Below are positions 14,736 to 28,134 of a stretch of 64,000 nt of DNA, piece after piece (within the stretch, counting starts at the first letter, position 1; each line of letters starts with the position of its first letter). Location of the stretch: contig MCFH01000037.1 of assembly GCA_002104945.1 (NCBI GenBank), forward strand, positions 310,001 to 374,000. The letters run 5' to 3'. The translations under genes were made by a program, and so were the position numbers. This stretch comes from Piromyces finnis finn. Lineage: Eukaryota > Fungi > Neocallimastigomycota. The notes below the pieces were generated by a model. It was not told the origin of the DNA and did not search any database. It was given only the letters and a program-made list of their open reading frames with translations.

Positions 14736-16679
14736 TTTTAAATTAGAGTCTATTAAAAAATATATATAAATTAAACGTAATTTCCTATTTTATTTATACT
14801 TTTATCAACAAAATTGATACTACATAAAATTTTTTCCGTTATATACTTGATGATTTATTAACGAAATAATATTTTATTTCATTATATCATATTATATTGA
14901 TTTTAATTATAAAAAAAAATAGTTATTTTATTTATTTTAATTTTTTTAAAATAATAAATAGTTTTTTTTTTTCTGACCTTTTTTTTTTTTTGATTATTTT
15001 ATTGACACTTTAAAATAATTAAGATCTTATATTATTTGATATCATACACATATTATAATGTAATTAAAATATATTGGTATATTGTATTTAACCAATCATC
15101 CTTTGTATATTTTATTTTTTGATATATTTTTATGATTACCAATTTAATAAATAACAGAAATATATTTAAATTTTTATAATAAAAAGATTAATAATGAAAT
15201 GAAACATTATCAAATATAAAGAATATCAAATAATAATTATAATATACCTTCTTATAATTGAATACTACTTCATATTATGTGAATATATTTACTATAAAAA
15301 TTATATATTTTTCTTTATTTTAATAATTATAATTTTTAATATTAATTATTAATAAATGATATAATTATTATTTTCTATATTATTTAATAATTATAATGAC
15401 TAATTTATTTACAAATAAACTTTTTCTTTAAATACTATTATACTATTTCTTAAATGAGAAAAGGATTAATAATTATTCATTTTAAAAAAAAGGATAAAAT
15501 ATTAATATTAGTATTGCTATTTAATCACTTTATAATTAAAAAAAAAAAAAAAAGAGTATTTTAAAATCATTAATATTTTAAATAATTAACAATGCTCAAA
15601 AATTAAATTATTATACAAAACTGTATTAAAAAAAATTGTATTAAGGAATTATGCTAAATAGATTTTAATTCCAAAATTGTTATAATAAAATGGATAAATA
15701 CTTATAATCAAGTATCTTTGATTTATTATTATTTTTTACCTTGCTTCTTTTTTTTTTTCTTTTTTATTTTAATAAATAATAAAATAATATAAATTAATAA
15801 GAGATAAAAAAAAGAAAGTGTATTAATATCCTTAATATTAAAATTAATTAATCTATTGTTACACAATTATTTAAGATCAAATTTTATAAAAAAGAAAATT
15901 ATTATGATTATCTCTTTTTTTTTTTAAAATACATAATAATTATATTAAGTTTATTATTACTGTTTTCGAATTGCTATTTTGACTATTCCTTGATATATTT
16001 ATTTTAAATAGTAATTGCTTTACATATTCTAATTATTTCACTTAAACCACAGTATAATAAAATACTAAAATAAAATCATTACACAAAAATAAGATACATC
16101 CATTTTTAAAAATAAATGTATAAATGAGTATATTAAGCTCCATTGAGCTTAATATTAATTTCTTTTTTTCTTATAAACTTACAAAGAAAAATTCTCATAA
16201 AAAAATTACTATCAGCTATGAAATCAAATATATGAATAGATTATACAGATTTTTATATGATACTTTCAATAAATAATTAAGAAAAATCTATAAAATTATT
16301 TAATAATTATAGGTATATTAATTTAAAATCTATAATATAAATATATTTAATAATTATAAATAATGAATAATAAAAATAAATGATAATTAATTATTATTAT
16401 TATTATTTTATTTGTGTAAATTAAAGTAATAGTATTATAGTACTTTAATTTATTTATTTTTTTTTTTTTATTTTCTTTATACATTGCTATTTGATTGTAT
16501 ATACTATTACTTATGATTAAATATGAATAACTTTTATATTTTGTTTTTTCCGGTTTTTCTGTTTTCTTTTTTTATTTATTTATTTGTTTTTTTTTTTTTT
16601 ATTATTATTTATCTTATATTATTTTAATAATATGTTGTTAATACATTTATTTAAATCAATTTCTTATTTGATATTTATC

Positions 16680-17761
16680 TTAATCCTTCTTGTTAAGTAC
16701 GGCGTCAATATCTTTAAGGAAGGCACTTGCAACAAAGTTACCTTCTTCATCAAACCAACTACCATATGATTTCATTAATGACTTTTTAGTAACCTTATTA
16801 TTTTCATTTAATTCAATGTTAATTTCAACATTATCAGAGTATTTCTTGTTCTTAAAACTAACAACTATAGATTTTTTCTATGAATTTAACATTTCATAAG
16901 TTATATGAAAATATTAAAAATATTAATATAATTATATAAGTTTTTTAACAATATTTATTTTCAATTTATAATGAAAATATTTAATATTAAATATTTATAA
17001 TTGTTATCTTTGCATGATACAAATTAATTATACATACTACTTTTTCGTCTTGCTTATTACCATTGAAAATTTCATCCTTCTTAACAAACTTAACGTAAAG
17101 GGTTAAAAGACCGCATAAAATGAAATATCTGTATTAAGAGAATAAAGAAGAATGATAATAGGATATAAAACTGAAGAAATAAAAACTAATTTATGTAAAC
17201 AAAAACGTGTTTTAAAATATAAAAATTCTATTAATAAATATTAGCATTTGTAATAAAAAAAAGGATACAATGAAACTGAAACAGCTAAAATTCCTTTGCA
17301 ATTTTCGAATGGAGTAAGGTATGAATAAAGACTGGCGGCACCAGCAATTATGCTGGCAGTATAACCAAGAAATAGATAAACATTACTGTGTTTGAAATCT
17401 TCAGTATATCCATAGACTTTAGTAAATAACTAAAATTATTCAAGTGGTTTTGTTTATATTTATAAAAATTATTTTTTAGAATTTTTATTGTAATTATTTG
17501 TTAATAAAATGGTGAGGAAATATGTTTAATGTGTAAATTCAAAATTTTATATATTACTTTTCCAACAGCATTTTCAATTGCATATTGAACATCAACATTG
17601 GAGTATTTTTTAATTTTTAAATCCTTAACTGTTTTTCAGTATATAATAATGATATTATTAAATAAATAAGTACATTGGACATGATGTTAATTGCTTTTTA
17701 TATTTATACTATATTATAATATTATACCAGAATTGTAAAAGGCATTTTTCTTTTCTTCCAT
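16680..17761 (-). CDS. SPC2: Signal peptidase complex subunit 2 (SPC25/SPCS2 family), 5 exons (17761-17728, 17628-17558, 17429-17269, 17128-17041, 16877-16680), 183 aa; absent from the ORF track
   Basis: All four introns GT-AG with matching phases; translation gives YGYTEDFKHSNVYLFLGYTASIIAGAASLYSYLTPF..SLYFILCGLLTLYVKF and C-terminal KSYGSWFDEEGNFV, matching the two-TM layout and motifs I recall for the SPC25 family. Confidence 0.88.
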
Positions 17762-18910
17762 TTTGTATTATATTTCCTTATATGAATAATAAATTAAAAT
17801 AATTATAACAAATATTAATAAATGAAAAATATATATATTGAATTTATTTTATGTATATATGGAATATTATTAATGGAACGTAATCTTTTGGATTATGTAT
17901 ATTCGAAGTATTCATTATTATTATTATTATTATTATAATTAAATAATATTTAATATATTTTTATATTTTATTTATCAACTACTTTATTCTAATTTATTTT
18001 GTTGTTAATATTTACTATTAATTTAAATATTTTGAATTTATTAAATAAAATTGGTTCAATGAATTGAATAAGTAAATATTATAAATTAGCTTAAAATTTA
18101 CCTTTTTAAATTATTTTTTTTTATAATCTATAAATTTTAAATAATAATTTTTGTTTTTATATTTTATTTTAATTTTCTATAATAATTTATTTTTATTTTT
18201 TCTACCTTTTTTAAATAAAAAAAAATAAAACAATTTTATAATAATAAAAAAAGTAAATAAAAATTGGTTTTATGAATATAATTATTTCTTTGGTAGAAAA
18301 GCAGTTAAAGTAAATTGTTTTAGTATTTTTATACAAGTCAATCGTTGATTGGTAATAAAATTAGAAATATTTATTTAATTTTAATAAATGAAATATTCAA
18401 AAAAAAAAATTAATTATTTTAATATACAATTTTTTTACTTTAAAAAAAAAATGTTTAATCCATTAATAAAAATATATAAATATATATAATTTAAAGAAAT
18501 CTAAATTTGAAATTTTAATTATTAAAAAAAATAATTGAAAATAAAAATTATAGTCTATTGCACTTTATATTTCTTTTAATTATTATTTATATTAAAGAAA
18601 TTTTTATTAAAATTATATAATATGTAATTATTAAATTGTTTCCTCTCTCTCTCTTTTTTTTCATAATAATTGCTAGGAAATAAAGTTTATATGATTATTA
18701 TTGCGGTTAATTCTATATACAATAAGTTTATTAAAAAGTGAATGTATATATACTTTATTATATATAGCAAGGATTAATTATATTATTTAGTTATTATAAA
18801 CTAAGTTTTTTGTTATCTGGTATAAAATTAATATTAAAATGAAAAAGTTTTTGCATTTTTTATTTGAAAATGTTACTTTGATATGAAATAATTGTTGAAT
18901 ATCAAATATC

Positions 18911-21314
18911 ATGGAACAAAAAAAAATTGATAGTCTTTTACGTCAAATTCAATCAAAACTAAGTTATTTGAAAAAATTAGAAACAGTGTCCCCTTCTTCC
19001 TTCATTAATTATAAAACACCAATTACTTCACCAATTCATAATGATGTTTCTTTCTCTAATTTTCCCATCAAAAAAAATATAAAATCATTGGAAAACTGTT
19101 TTTCAAATATAATAATGCAATTATGGTGGAAGTATTATAAAATAAGCTACAGAATCAGTATGATAAATTCATCCAATTTTTATGAAAGAAGAAACCATAA
19201 TTTAAAGGATTCATCCATTCCCCAATTTAATTGTCATGGTAGAAATCATATTTTGTCATTACGAGAATTAGCAGCATTTAAATTAGCAGATTCTATAAGT
19301 AATCAAATAGAGAAATCCTCTCAAATGAGATTAGAAGAAGAAAATGATGATTTTAATAATAATGATAAAAATCAAGATATATTTTCTTTAATTCCTTATT
19401 ACATTCCATATTATTTGAATAAGTAATTAAATTAAATTTATATAATTAAGCAGTATATTTTTTTATATTGTATATATTAATTTCATTTATATATTATAAT
19501 ACCAAAAATAAAAAATATTTAAAATTAGCTTAATTTTTTTTGAGCATATAGTAAATATCTGCATTAGTAAAATCAATATACCCAAAGTATTAAAATCACT
19601 AATAGAAATATGTATAGAATATCGTGCATATCACCAGGTAATAATTCAAACAGTAATAAAAAAAAATATGTAAGAAATATAATTAATATTAATATATATT
19701 ATATTATGTTTATATTTAATATCAAATAATAAGGGTTATAAATTGTTACAGAAGCATTTTATATTAAAACCATATAAAGAACTTAAAAACTATAAATGGG
19801 CATTTTCAGTAGCTAAAAGAGTATTTAGAAAACACGAGTTTTTAAGGTTTATAATTGATAAATTAAAAATACAGCATGTTTACAACCCATCATTTATCGA
19901 TGTTTTGAGTTTTATTAAAATAAGAAATAAAAATATTGAATTTTATTTTATCGAAAAAGCTATTAAAGTAATGATTGATTTTATTCATCAATACGCAAAT
20001 AAAAATCAATCCAATATCGTATTTTCTAATAATCCAGTTTTATTCTTTAAAAATAAATACCATAATCAAAATGATCTTATATCATACCTATCATCAAATT
20101 ACACTGCTAATATTAATTTAGAAAGTGAAAAGAATATAAATTATTTTTATTCTCTTTATTATTATTATATAAAAAGATATGTTGAACTATCAACATCTAA
20201 GGAATATCATGCAGTTAGTAGTCCCTTAGATATACTACCAGAAAAAATGAATTCAAATATTTTAAATAAACATAAATATTTATCATCTGCTCTTATTATT
20301 CTCCATCTTTTTAATTATAATAAAAAACATTATAAATATCAACATCCAGAAATATATTTTCCTTTATTATCAAAAAAATACAAAAAGGAATTAAATTTAT
20401 ATGATAATTATCAATGGAAAAAATGTGCTCAATACTGTCAAAAATTAGATTTTATATTTTTGGATGAACAATTTAGATTTTCAAATAATATAAGAAAATT
20501 TCAAAATTTAATCCAAATCATGGAAAGAGTTAAACTTTATCAAGAAGCATTTGCATATGTCAATTGGATGTATGATACCCTAAATATAAAATCTTCATCA
20601 AATTATAGTAGTGACGGATTTAAATATAGTCGTAGGCGTCGTAGAATTGTTAATTACAATGAATATTATAGTGATGAAGAAAGTAATGATGAAAAACAAC
20701 TTCCTTCAACCCCAAAACACAAATTAATTCAACCTCCTCAGTATACTTCACCAGTTACTCCCAATAAAATTAAGAAAAAATACCTTCCTACTCTTTATCA
20801 AGAAGCAGAAACTCTTGCAAATATCATAAATGAATATTCAGCAGATACAATATGGTAAAATATTTTAGTTTAAAGAAATAAAAGCATTTAATATTTTAAA
20901 AATAATATTGATTTTTTTTTTTCCTACTTTACCTTTTATAATAATGATAGGCAATATGAGACTTCTATCGAGTCATGGGTAAAAAAGAGAAAAAGTGAAA
21001 GTAAAAAAATTAACATAAATAATAATTGCAATAATAATAAATATAATAACAATAATAAACACAATAATAAAAGTAATACTATTATTATTAATGAAAATGG
21101 CTATGAAGAAGAAAGTATAATTAATAGCAATAATGCAGTTGATGACGTTATTACAGTTTATAGTAAAAGAAAATTAATAAAAAAGGTTAATTCAACAAAA
21201 AAAGTCAAATTAATAAAATATCAAAAGGAACCAACTATCTCTCCTTCTGATGATTATTTTAAAATTACTGAGGCATTACCATTTAATGATGAAGTTGATG
21301 ATTTTCTTTTATAA
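18911..21314 (+). CDS. Hypothetical protein, 4 exons (18911-19422, 19568-19637, 19734-20854, 20951-21314), 688 aa
   Basis: Three GT-AG introns with consistent phases link both listed ORFs plus two unlisted exons into one stop-free frame. Confidence 0.78.
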
Positions 21315-23056
21315 ATTTAATTATTTAATCTATCTTTTATTTACAATAATCATATCCTACAACACTATATTATTGACGTTTAAATAAATTAAAACAATTT
21401 ATCACACACTATAAACAAGGAATATTATACTTATTTAACATCAATAATAACACTTTGAATTATAAATAAATTTTTTTCCTTTTATTATTTTTATGTTTAA
21501 TATTAATTCAGAATATTAACTGTTGTATGATTCGTTTTTCCATTTTGAAATTATAATAATATAAATATGAAAGAGCAATTTTTATATCCATTCTATTATT
21601 CTATTTTCTTCTTATATTACTATATTCTTGGCTTTCGACTTTCAACGAATAAAAGTAAAGCAACACATAAATTTATTTATATTTATAATGAAAATAAAAA
21701 AGAATATTTTATAAAATAAATTCTTTTTATAAATAACAAAATAAATATTATTTCTAAGAAGATAAAGAGTATATTGTCATTATCTTCATTTATATAATTT
21801 TTTTTTTCTATGTTTTATTTTTCATATATAAAAAGTAATTTGTACATTTGAAAAAGTAAATAAATACACCAATTTCACTATTTTTTGATTATTTAGTTTT
21901 GTTAAGTTTTAATAATAATTAAAGTTTTATTATTTAAATATTAAAATATTTTAAAATTTTTTTTTAAAATAAATTTTTCTTAAGTTTTCTTTAATTTAAA
22001 AAAACATCCTTTTAATTATATTAACAAAAAATAACCACTTTACACTTTATAAAAATAAATAAAATAATAATATTATTAATAAAAAAAAAACATATAATAA
22101 AATAAAAGAAACTAAAAGGAATATAAATAGTAAAAAAAACTTTTATTTTATTGTCTTTTATTAGAATAATATTATTAAATAAATATAATATATATATAAT
22201 AATAGTAAAGAAAAAAAGGAAACATTTAAAATATATATATATATAAGGACAATAGAACTTTATCTCTAAAAATTAGATAAAATATACCTTATATATATTC
22301 TTGTTGTAAAAAATAATAATAAAAAGGGTAAAGTATATAGAAATAAAAAGAAAAGGAAAAAAGAGGTTATTTACTTTATTTATAAAGAAACAATATTCTT
22401 ATATACCACTAAAGAATTTCAAATACAAAAATAAATAAACTAATATTCCAATAAAAATATTTCAGTGTTAACCATATTAATTTAAAATTATTATGTTGTA
22501 ATAGAATAAATAAACAGAATAAAAAAAAAAAAAAAGAAGAAGAAATACTCAATTTTAATAATTCATAAAAGTAGAAATTTAAAAAATTAAAAAAACAAAA
22601 TAAACTAAAACGAACTTTATTTGAAAGTAATTATAATAAAAAAAAAGTTTGCAGCAAAGATATATTATTTTTAAATCAATTAATTTAAAAATATTTTATA
22701 ATATTACGACAATACGGCAATAATATAAAATTCGATAATTCTTTATATAAAAGTTATAATTTTCATTTTAAAAGATCATAAAAAAAATAATTTTATTTAC
22801 CATTATTATTATTAACATATTAATATCAAGAAAAACTAATTTTTCCTTTATATATATATGCATTAATAAATGGATATTTATATTTATTATTTAAATTAAC
22901 AGAAATTTAAAAATAATTCAAAACAAAAAAATTATATAATTATATAATATAAATATTGAATAATATAACATAAAAAAAAAAAAAAAAATTGAAAATTAAA
23001 TCAAATAAAATAAATTCCGGAACGATAAAAAAATATTCATAGTTAAATAAATAAAA

Positions 23057-23806
23057 ATGACAGATATTAAAGAAATTACTACAACAGTTCTTGGAGATGA
23101 TGATGATACTCCAGTTGCTTCCATTATTGATGGCAAAGAATCTGAGGAAGAAGAAGAAGAAATCGAAGATACTACATTATTAAATGAAATAAAAAGAGCA
23201 GGTTTTAGCATTGGTTTCTCTGAGGATAGAAATAAGCGTTGTAGAAGAACTATGGAGGTATACAAAAAAAAATAAACAAAAACAAAATAATTCGCTTTGT
23301 TTTGTGTTTTTTTTTTTTATATATATTTTATTAAAATACATTTATATGAAATAAATTGATTATCCATCAATCATATTGTATAATAATTAATATTATTATA
23401 TTTTTTATTTTAATTATACTTATATTAATATTTTTATTAATGTTATTATTATTATTGTTTATTAATATAAATATCTCAACTCAATTATAACATAATTTCA
23501 AATGTCTAACACATTATTCAATAATAAATAAAAATTATTTATATAAATTTAACACAAATAAAACTCAAAAAATGAAAACAAAAACAAATTAAAATATAAA
23601 TATAATAAATTTAAATTAAAAAAAATAAATAAAGGATGCCCATGCTTTCTTTTACAATTTTAATGATGTAGAAGGACAAGGTTACTTTGCTATTTTTGAT
23701 GGACATGCAGGAAAACAAGCAGCAGAATGGTGTGGAAAACAATTACATGAAGTAATTATTTCTAAAATAAAACATTTTTAATTCCGATAATAAAAACATT
23801 ATAATT

Positions 23807-23837
<31 letters not shown>

Positions 23838-25132
23838 GTGATAATAATAGCAATAATTATCATATTGGTAGCAAAGATACATATAAATTTCATTAAAATT
23901 AAAATAGAATATATATAATATATTACTATTGTATTTATTAATTAATAATAATGATCCTAATCATTAATAATCAAATTATTAAATATAATACATATAAGAA
24001 TTTAATTGAAATAATTAAAGAATCACCAAATATGCCAATTCAAGAATCATTAAATAAAGCCTTTTTAAAGACAGATTCACAGCTTAATGAAAAAAGAGGT
24101 ATACCTTCAGGATGTACAGCTATCGTTGTATTAGTAAGAAAAGAGAAAATTAAAGATGAAGATGGTAATGAAGTAGAAAAGGTAAATAAACAACAGAAAT
24201 ATACCTAAATAATAAAAAAAGGAAAATAAATGGGAAAAAAATAATTTTTTACATGTTAAAAAAAAAATTCTAATTCTTTTTACAAAAATTAAAAAAAAAA
24301 TATCAATAGAGAGTATTATATTCAGCTAATGTTGGTGATGCCAGAGCTGTACTAAGGTACATTAATTAAGATGAATAATAATATATTTCCTTAAGAATAA
24401 ATTGATGAATATAATATTAATTAGCTATTATTCAATAATATTCATATAAAATTAATAGTAAAAATGGACATGCTTTAAGATTATCATGTGATCATAAGGG
24501 TTCAAATTTAGATGAAGTACAAAGAATCACTGATGCTGGTGGTTTTGTTTTAAATGCAAGAGTAAATGGTAAATAAAAATAGTCATGGTCTTAAAAAAAA
24601 CGACCAATTTAAAAATATAAATAATAACAAACTATAATTAATATTTTTATATTGATACATTTAGGTGTACTTGCCGTAACGAGATCACTTGGTGATTATT
24701 CTATGAAAGAATGGGTTATTGGAAACCCATACACTACAAGAGTTGTTCTTAATGACGAGGATAAATTCTTAATTTTAGCATGTGATGGTGTAAGTAAAAC
24801 ATTCTACATAATATAAATAAAAATTAAAAAAAAAAAAATAAAATAAAATAAAAATAAAATATATCAATTAAAAAATAAATATTATTTCCATTAAATAAAT
24901 ATAAATGCCTATGTTCACTATAAAATAATTATCTTTATATTACGAAATCCAAAAAAAATAATAATAAAATAAAAAAAAAAAGATATGGGATGTTTGTACA
25001 GATGATGAAGCAGTAGAATTAATAGAAAATATCACAGATCCACAAGAAGCTAGTGAAGTTCTTTTAAAACATGCATTGGACAATTTCAGTACTGATAACT
25101 TGAGTGTTTTAATTGTTCGTTTTAATAACTAA
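23057..25132 (+). CDS. PTC1: Protein phosphatase 2C (Ptc1-type), 7 exons (23057-23257, 23635-23751, 23999-24181, 24310-24356, 24459-24568, 24665-24789, 24983-25132), 310 aa
   Basis: The spliced translation rebuilds the PP2C motifs [55 protein letters not shown] and STDN. Confidence 0.93.
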
Positions 25133-26217
25133 TTTATAGATGAAATCGTTAAACCTAAATTGAATAAATCAAAATAATAAAATGTGTATTAAAAAAAAGG
25201 CACCTTATTATAAATAAGGAATTCATAAAATAATCATTAAAAAAAAAATCATAAATTTTTCATAACAATTAAAAAAAATAATAATAAAAGTATATAAATC
25301 AATATAAATACATCACCAAAATTAAAAAAAAAAAAATAAAATAAAATAAAACAATAATAATAATCATTATTTTATCATAGCATTTATTCATTTAAACAAT
25401 TCAAATATAAAGTTTAAAAAAAAAAAAGCGTTTAGATTTCTACTATTTTTATTCTTTACAAATCAATAAACAAATATTAAAAAATTTGTAACTTAATAAT
25501 TTATTAATAATATTAATAATACAAACAATAATACTTTTTCTTTTCCCTTATGATTTACTGTAATTTTAAAAATATATAAATATTCTAAATAAATTACCTT
25601 TACCTTTAAAAAAAAAAAAAAAAAGGATAAATAAATAAAAAATAATAATAATAATTAAATAGAGAAAAAAGAAAAGTAAATAAAAAAAAAAAAGAGTTAT
25701 TTCTAGTTTGTTTGTTTTTTTTTATTTGATCAAGGATGTTAAAATATATATTTAATAATAATTATTATTATTATTATATATAAAGTTTTTTTTATTATAT
25801 AAAGTTTATTATACTTTCACTTTTAAATTTTTAACTAGTTAAAAGAAATGATATAAATCGTCTCCCAAATTTACTAATGAAAAAATGTTTCTTTTTTTTT
25901 TTTTTTTTTCTTTATATATTTTTATCTAGTTATTAAATATTATTTTAAAAAAAATAAAGGACTTTTTATTTTTTTCATAAACTTTAATTATATATGAATG
26001 AGAATGATGTTTTTACATTCTAAAATATATCTTTCTTTATTAATAAATAATAATATATATAATTATCTAAAGTTATTAATATTTTAACTGATATTAATAT
26101 TAAATTATATTTAATTAAACTTTTCTATACATTTTTTTTTAAAAAAAAAAAAAAAATAATTATTTAATTTAATATTTAAAAAAAAAATAATAATATAATA
26201 ATAATAGTAAAAATATA

Positions 26218-27852
26218 ATGAAAATATATCAACATATTTTATTTTTAATTGTTATCCTTAAAAATATACATGCTCTACCGCCGAATCCTGAAAAGAAATT
26301 ATTAAAAGATGTAGGTTATGGATCATATAAATCTTTTCAAAGAAAAAATAATAATTTATTTTTCTATTCGGTTAATGATGAAAGTAATGATGAAATATCT
26401 TATAAAATAACAAATATTAATAGTAACAAAAATACATATATCAATGGAAATAATAATACTAACGAAAATTCTGAAAACAATAATGATAATAATACTAATA
26501 CATCCAGTACAACCATTCAATATAGTCATATAAATTATTCTGATACCGGATTTGAAGAAAGTTTAGGACCATTTGAATTATACCTTTATAATAAGTTTTT
26601 AATAAGTTCGAAAAAAAAATTACCTGATTTTTCAATTGTTCTTTATCCACTGGATGATGGTTACACTATAGATTATAAGAAATTTAAGGTCAGTATGGTA
26701 ACAGCTTTCATTAGTTTTATGTATGATCATAGTGAATTTTGGTGGGTATATTCCTATCGATATAATTGTGAATATTCTTCAAAAACCTTAGAGATTGAAA
26801 AAATTGAAATTGATTTTTGTTGGTCAAACGATTTTTGTAATAAATATTCTGCTAATGATATTAAAACCATGAACGAAGCTCTCTCCACTGCAAAATCTAA
26901 TATTTTGGAAGAAATTGGAGATGTTGATCGTAAAACTTCTTATCAACTATTAAGAGTGATACATGATACACTCATACAACATATTAATTTGATATCCAAC
27001 ACAAATGAAGATATATTTTCAACTACTATTTATGGCGCTTTAGTAAATCAAAAATGCACTAGTGAAGGTTTAGCAAAGGCATTTAAATGGTTTATGGAAT
27101 ATTATAAAATGACAAATGTTTTAGCTATAGGATATGGCTATCAATGGAACTTTGTCAAATTAAATAATTGTTGGTATGTCATTGATGTTACTGAAGATTA
27201 TAAAAGATCACCAAAACCGAAGGAAAATATTTCCTATGATATTTTCTTAATTGGATTTAATGATATAACTAAAAAGGAATCAAATACCTCTTATGAAAAT
27301 GATGTAACTTATAATTTAATTGATAGAGTTAAATCTACTTCAAATAGTCTGACCTACATTACCTATCCAGATATTCATAGTACGAATTTTTTTGATACCA
27401 ATGGTATTAATAAAGAAGATATTTTTGAATCTACCATACTTAAAATGACTTCCAGTTCAAACTATAATAGTCAAGTGAAACCAGATACTACGAATAATCG
27501 TATTACAACTTTAATATCAACATTTACTACTACCGTTATAACAGTTATTCAGGGTAACTTAAATTTAACTGCAGTAACAGAAGACATTAAAGCTCAATAT
27601 AATTATGATTCCTCATCAAACATCAAAAACGATACTAAAAATAGCAGTAATAATATTATCAGTATTAATAATGGTGGTATTAAGAGTAATAGTATTAATA
27701 GTAACAGTATTAATAATAATAAAAATATTAACCAAAAATATGTCATGAAAAATGATGATAATACATCATCATTCATATCACAATATCCTCCTAATTACAA
27801 ATATATCATGAATACTATTTTTTCATTAATATTAATTCTTTTACTATTGTAA
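26218..27852 (+). CDS. Secreted, probably membrane/GPI-anchored transglutaminase-like (cysteine-proteinase fold) protein with degenerate catalytic triad
   Basis: N-terminal hydrophobic signal, YGALVNQKCTSEGLAKAF and QWNFVKLNNCWYVIDVT motifs, N/S/T-rich stalk, hydrophobic C-terminus; intronless. Confidence 0.8.
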   Translation: MKIYQHILFLIVILKNIHALPPNPEKKLLKDVGYGSYKSFQRKNNNLFFYSVNDESNDEISYKITNINSNKNTYINGNNNTNENSENNNDNNTNTSSTTIQYSHINYSDTGFEESLGPFELYLYNKFLISSKKKLPDFSIVLYPLDDGYTIDYKKFKVSMVTAFISFMYDHSEFWWVYSYRYNCEYSSKTLEIEKIEIDFCWSNDFCNKYSANDIKTMNEALSTAKSNILEEIGDVDRKTSYQLLRVIHDTLIQHINLISNTNEDIFSTTIYGALVNQKCTSEGLAKAFKWFMEYYKMTNVLAIGYGYQWNFVKLNNCWYVIDVTEDYKRSPKPKENISYDIFLIGFNDITKKESNTSYENDVTYNLIDRVKSTSNSLTYITYPDIHSTNFFDTNGINKEDIFESTILKMTSSSNYNSQVKPDTTNNRITTLISTFTTTVITVIQGNLNLTAVTEDIKAQYNYDSSSNIKNDTKNSSNNIISINNGGIKSNSINSNSINNNKNINQKYVMKNDDNTSSFISQYPPNYKYIMNTIFSLILILLLL

Positions 27853-28134
27853 AATTTTTATGTAGATTTCAACTGTAAATTTCTTCAATTTTTAAACAAT
27901 AATATTTACCAAATTCTTGTTAATCATATAAATAATATAAAAATTGGAAATAAATAAAAATAATTAAAAACACTTTATATAATTTAAATTATAAAAAAGG
28001 TTAAAATTATTATATTATAATACGATGATTTCTATTTTATAAAATAATTTTTTTTAAATGAAAATTTTATACATTCATTAAATTAATATATGTGTGATAA
28101 TAGATATTTTTAGTTTAATATTGATTTTATAATT

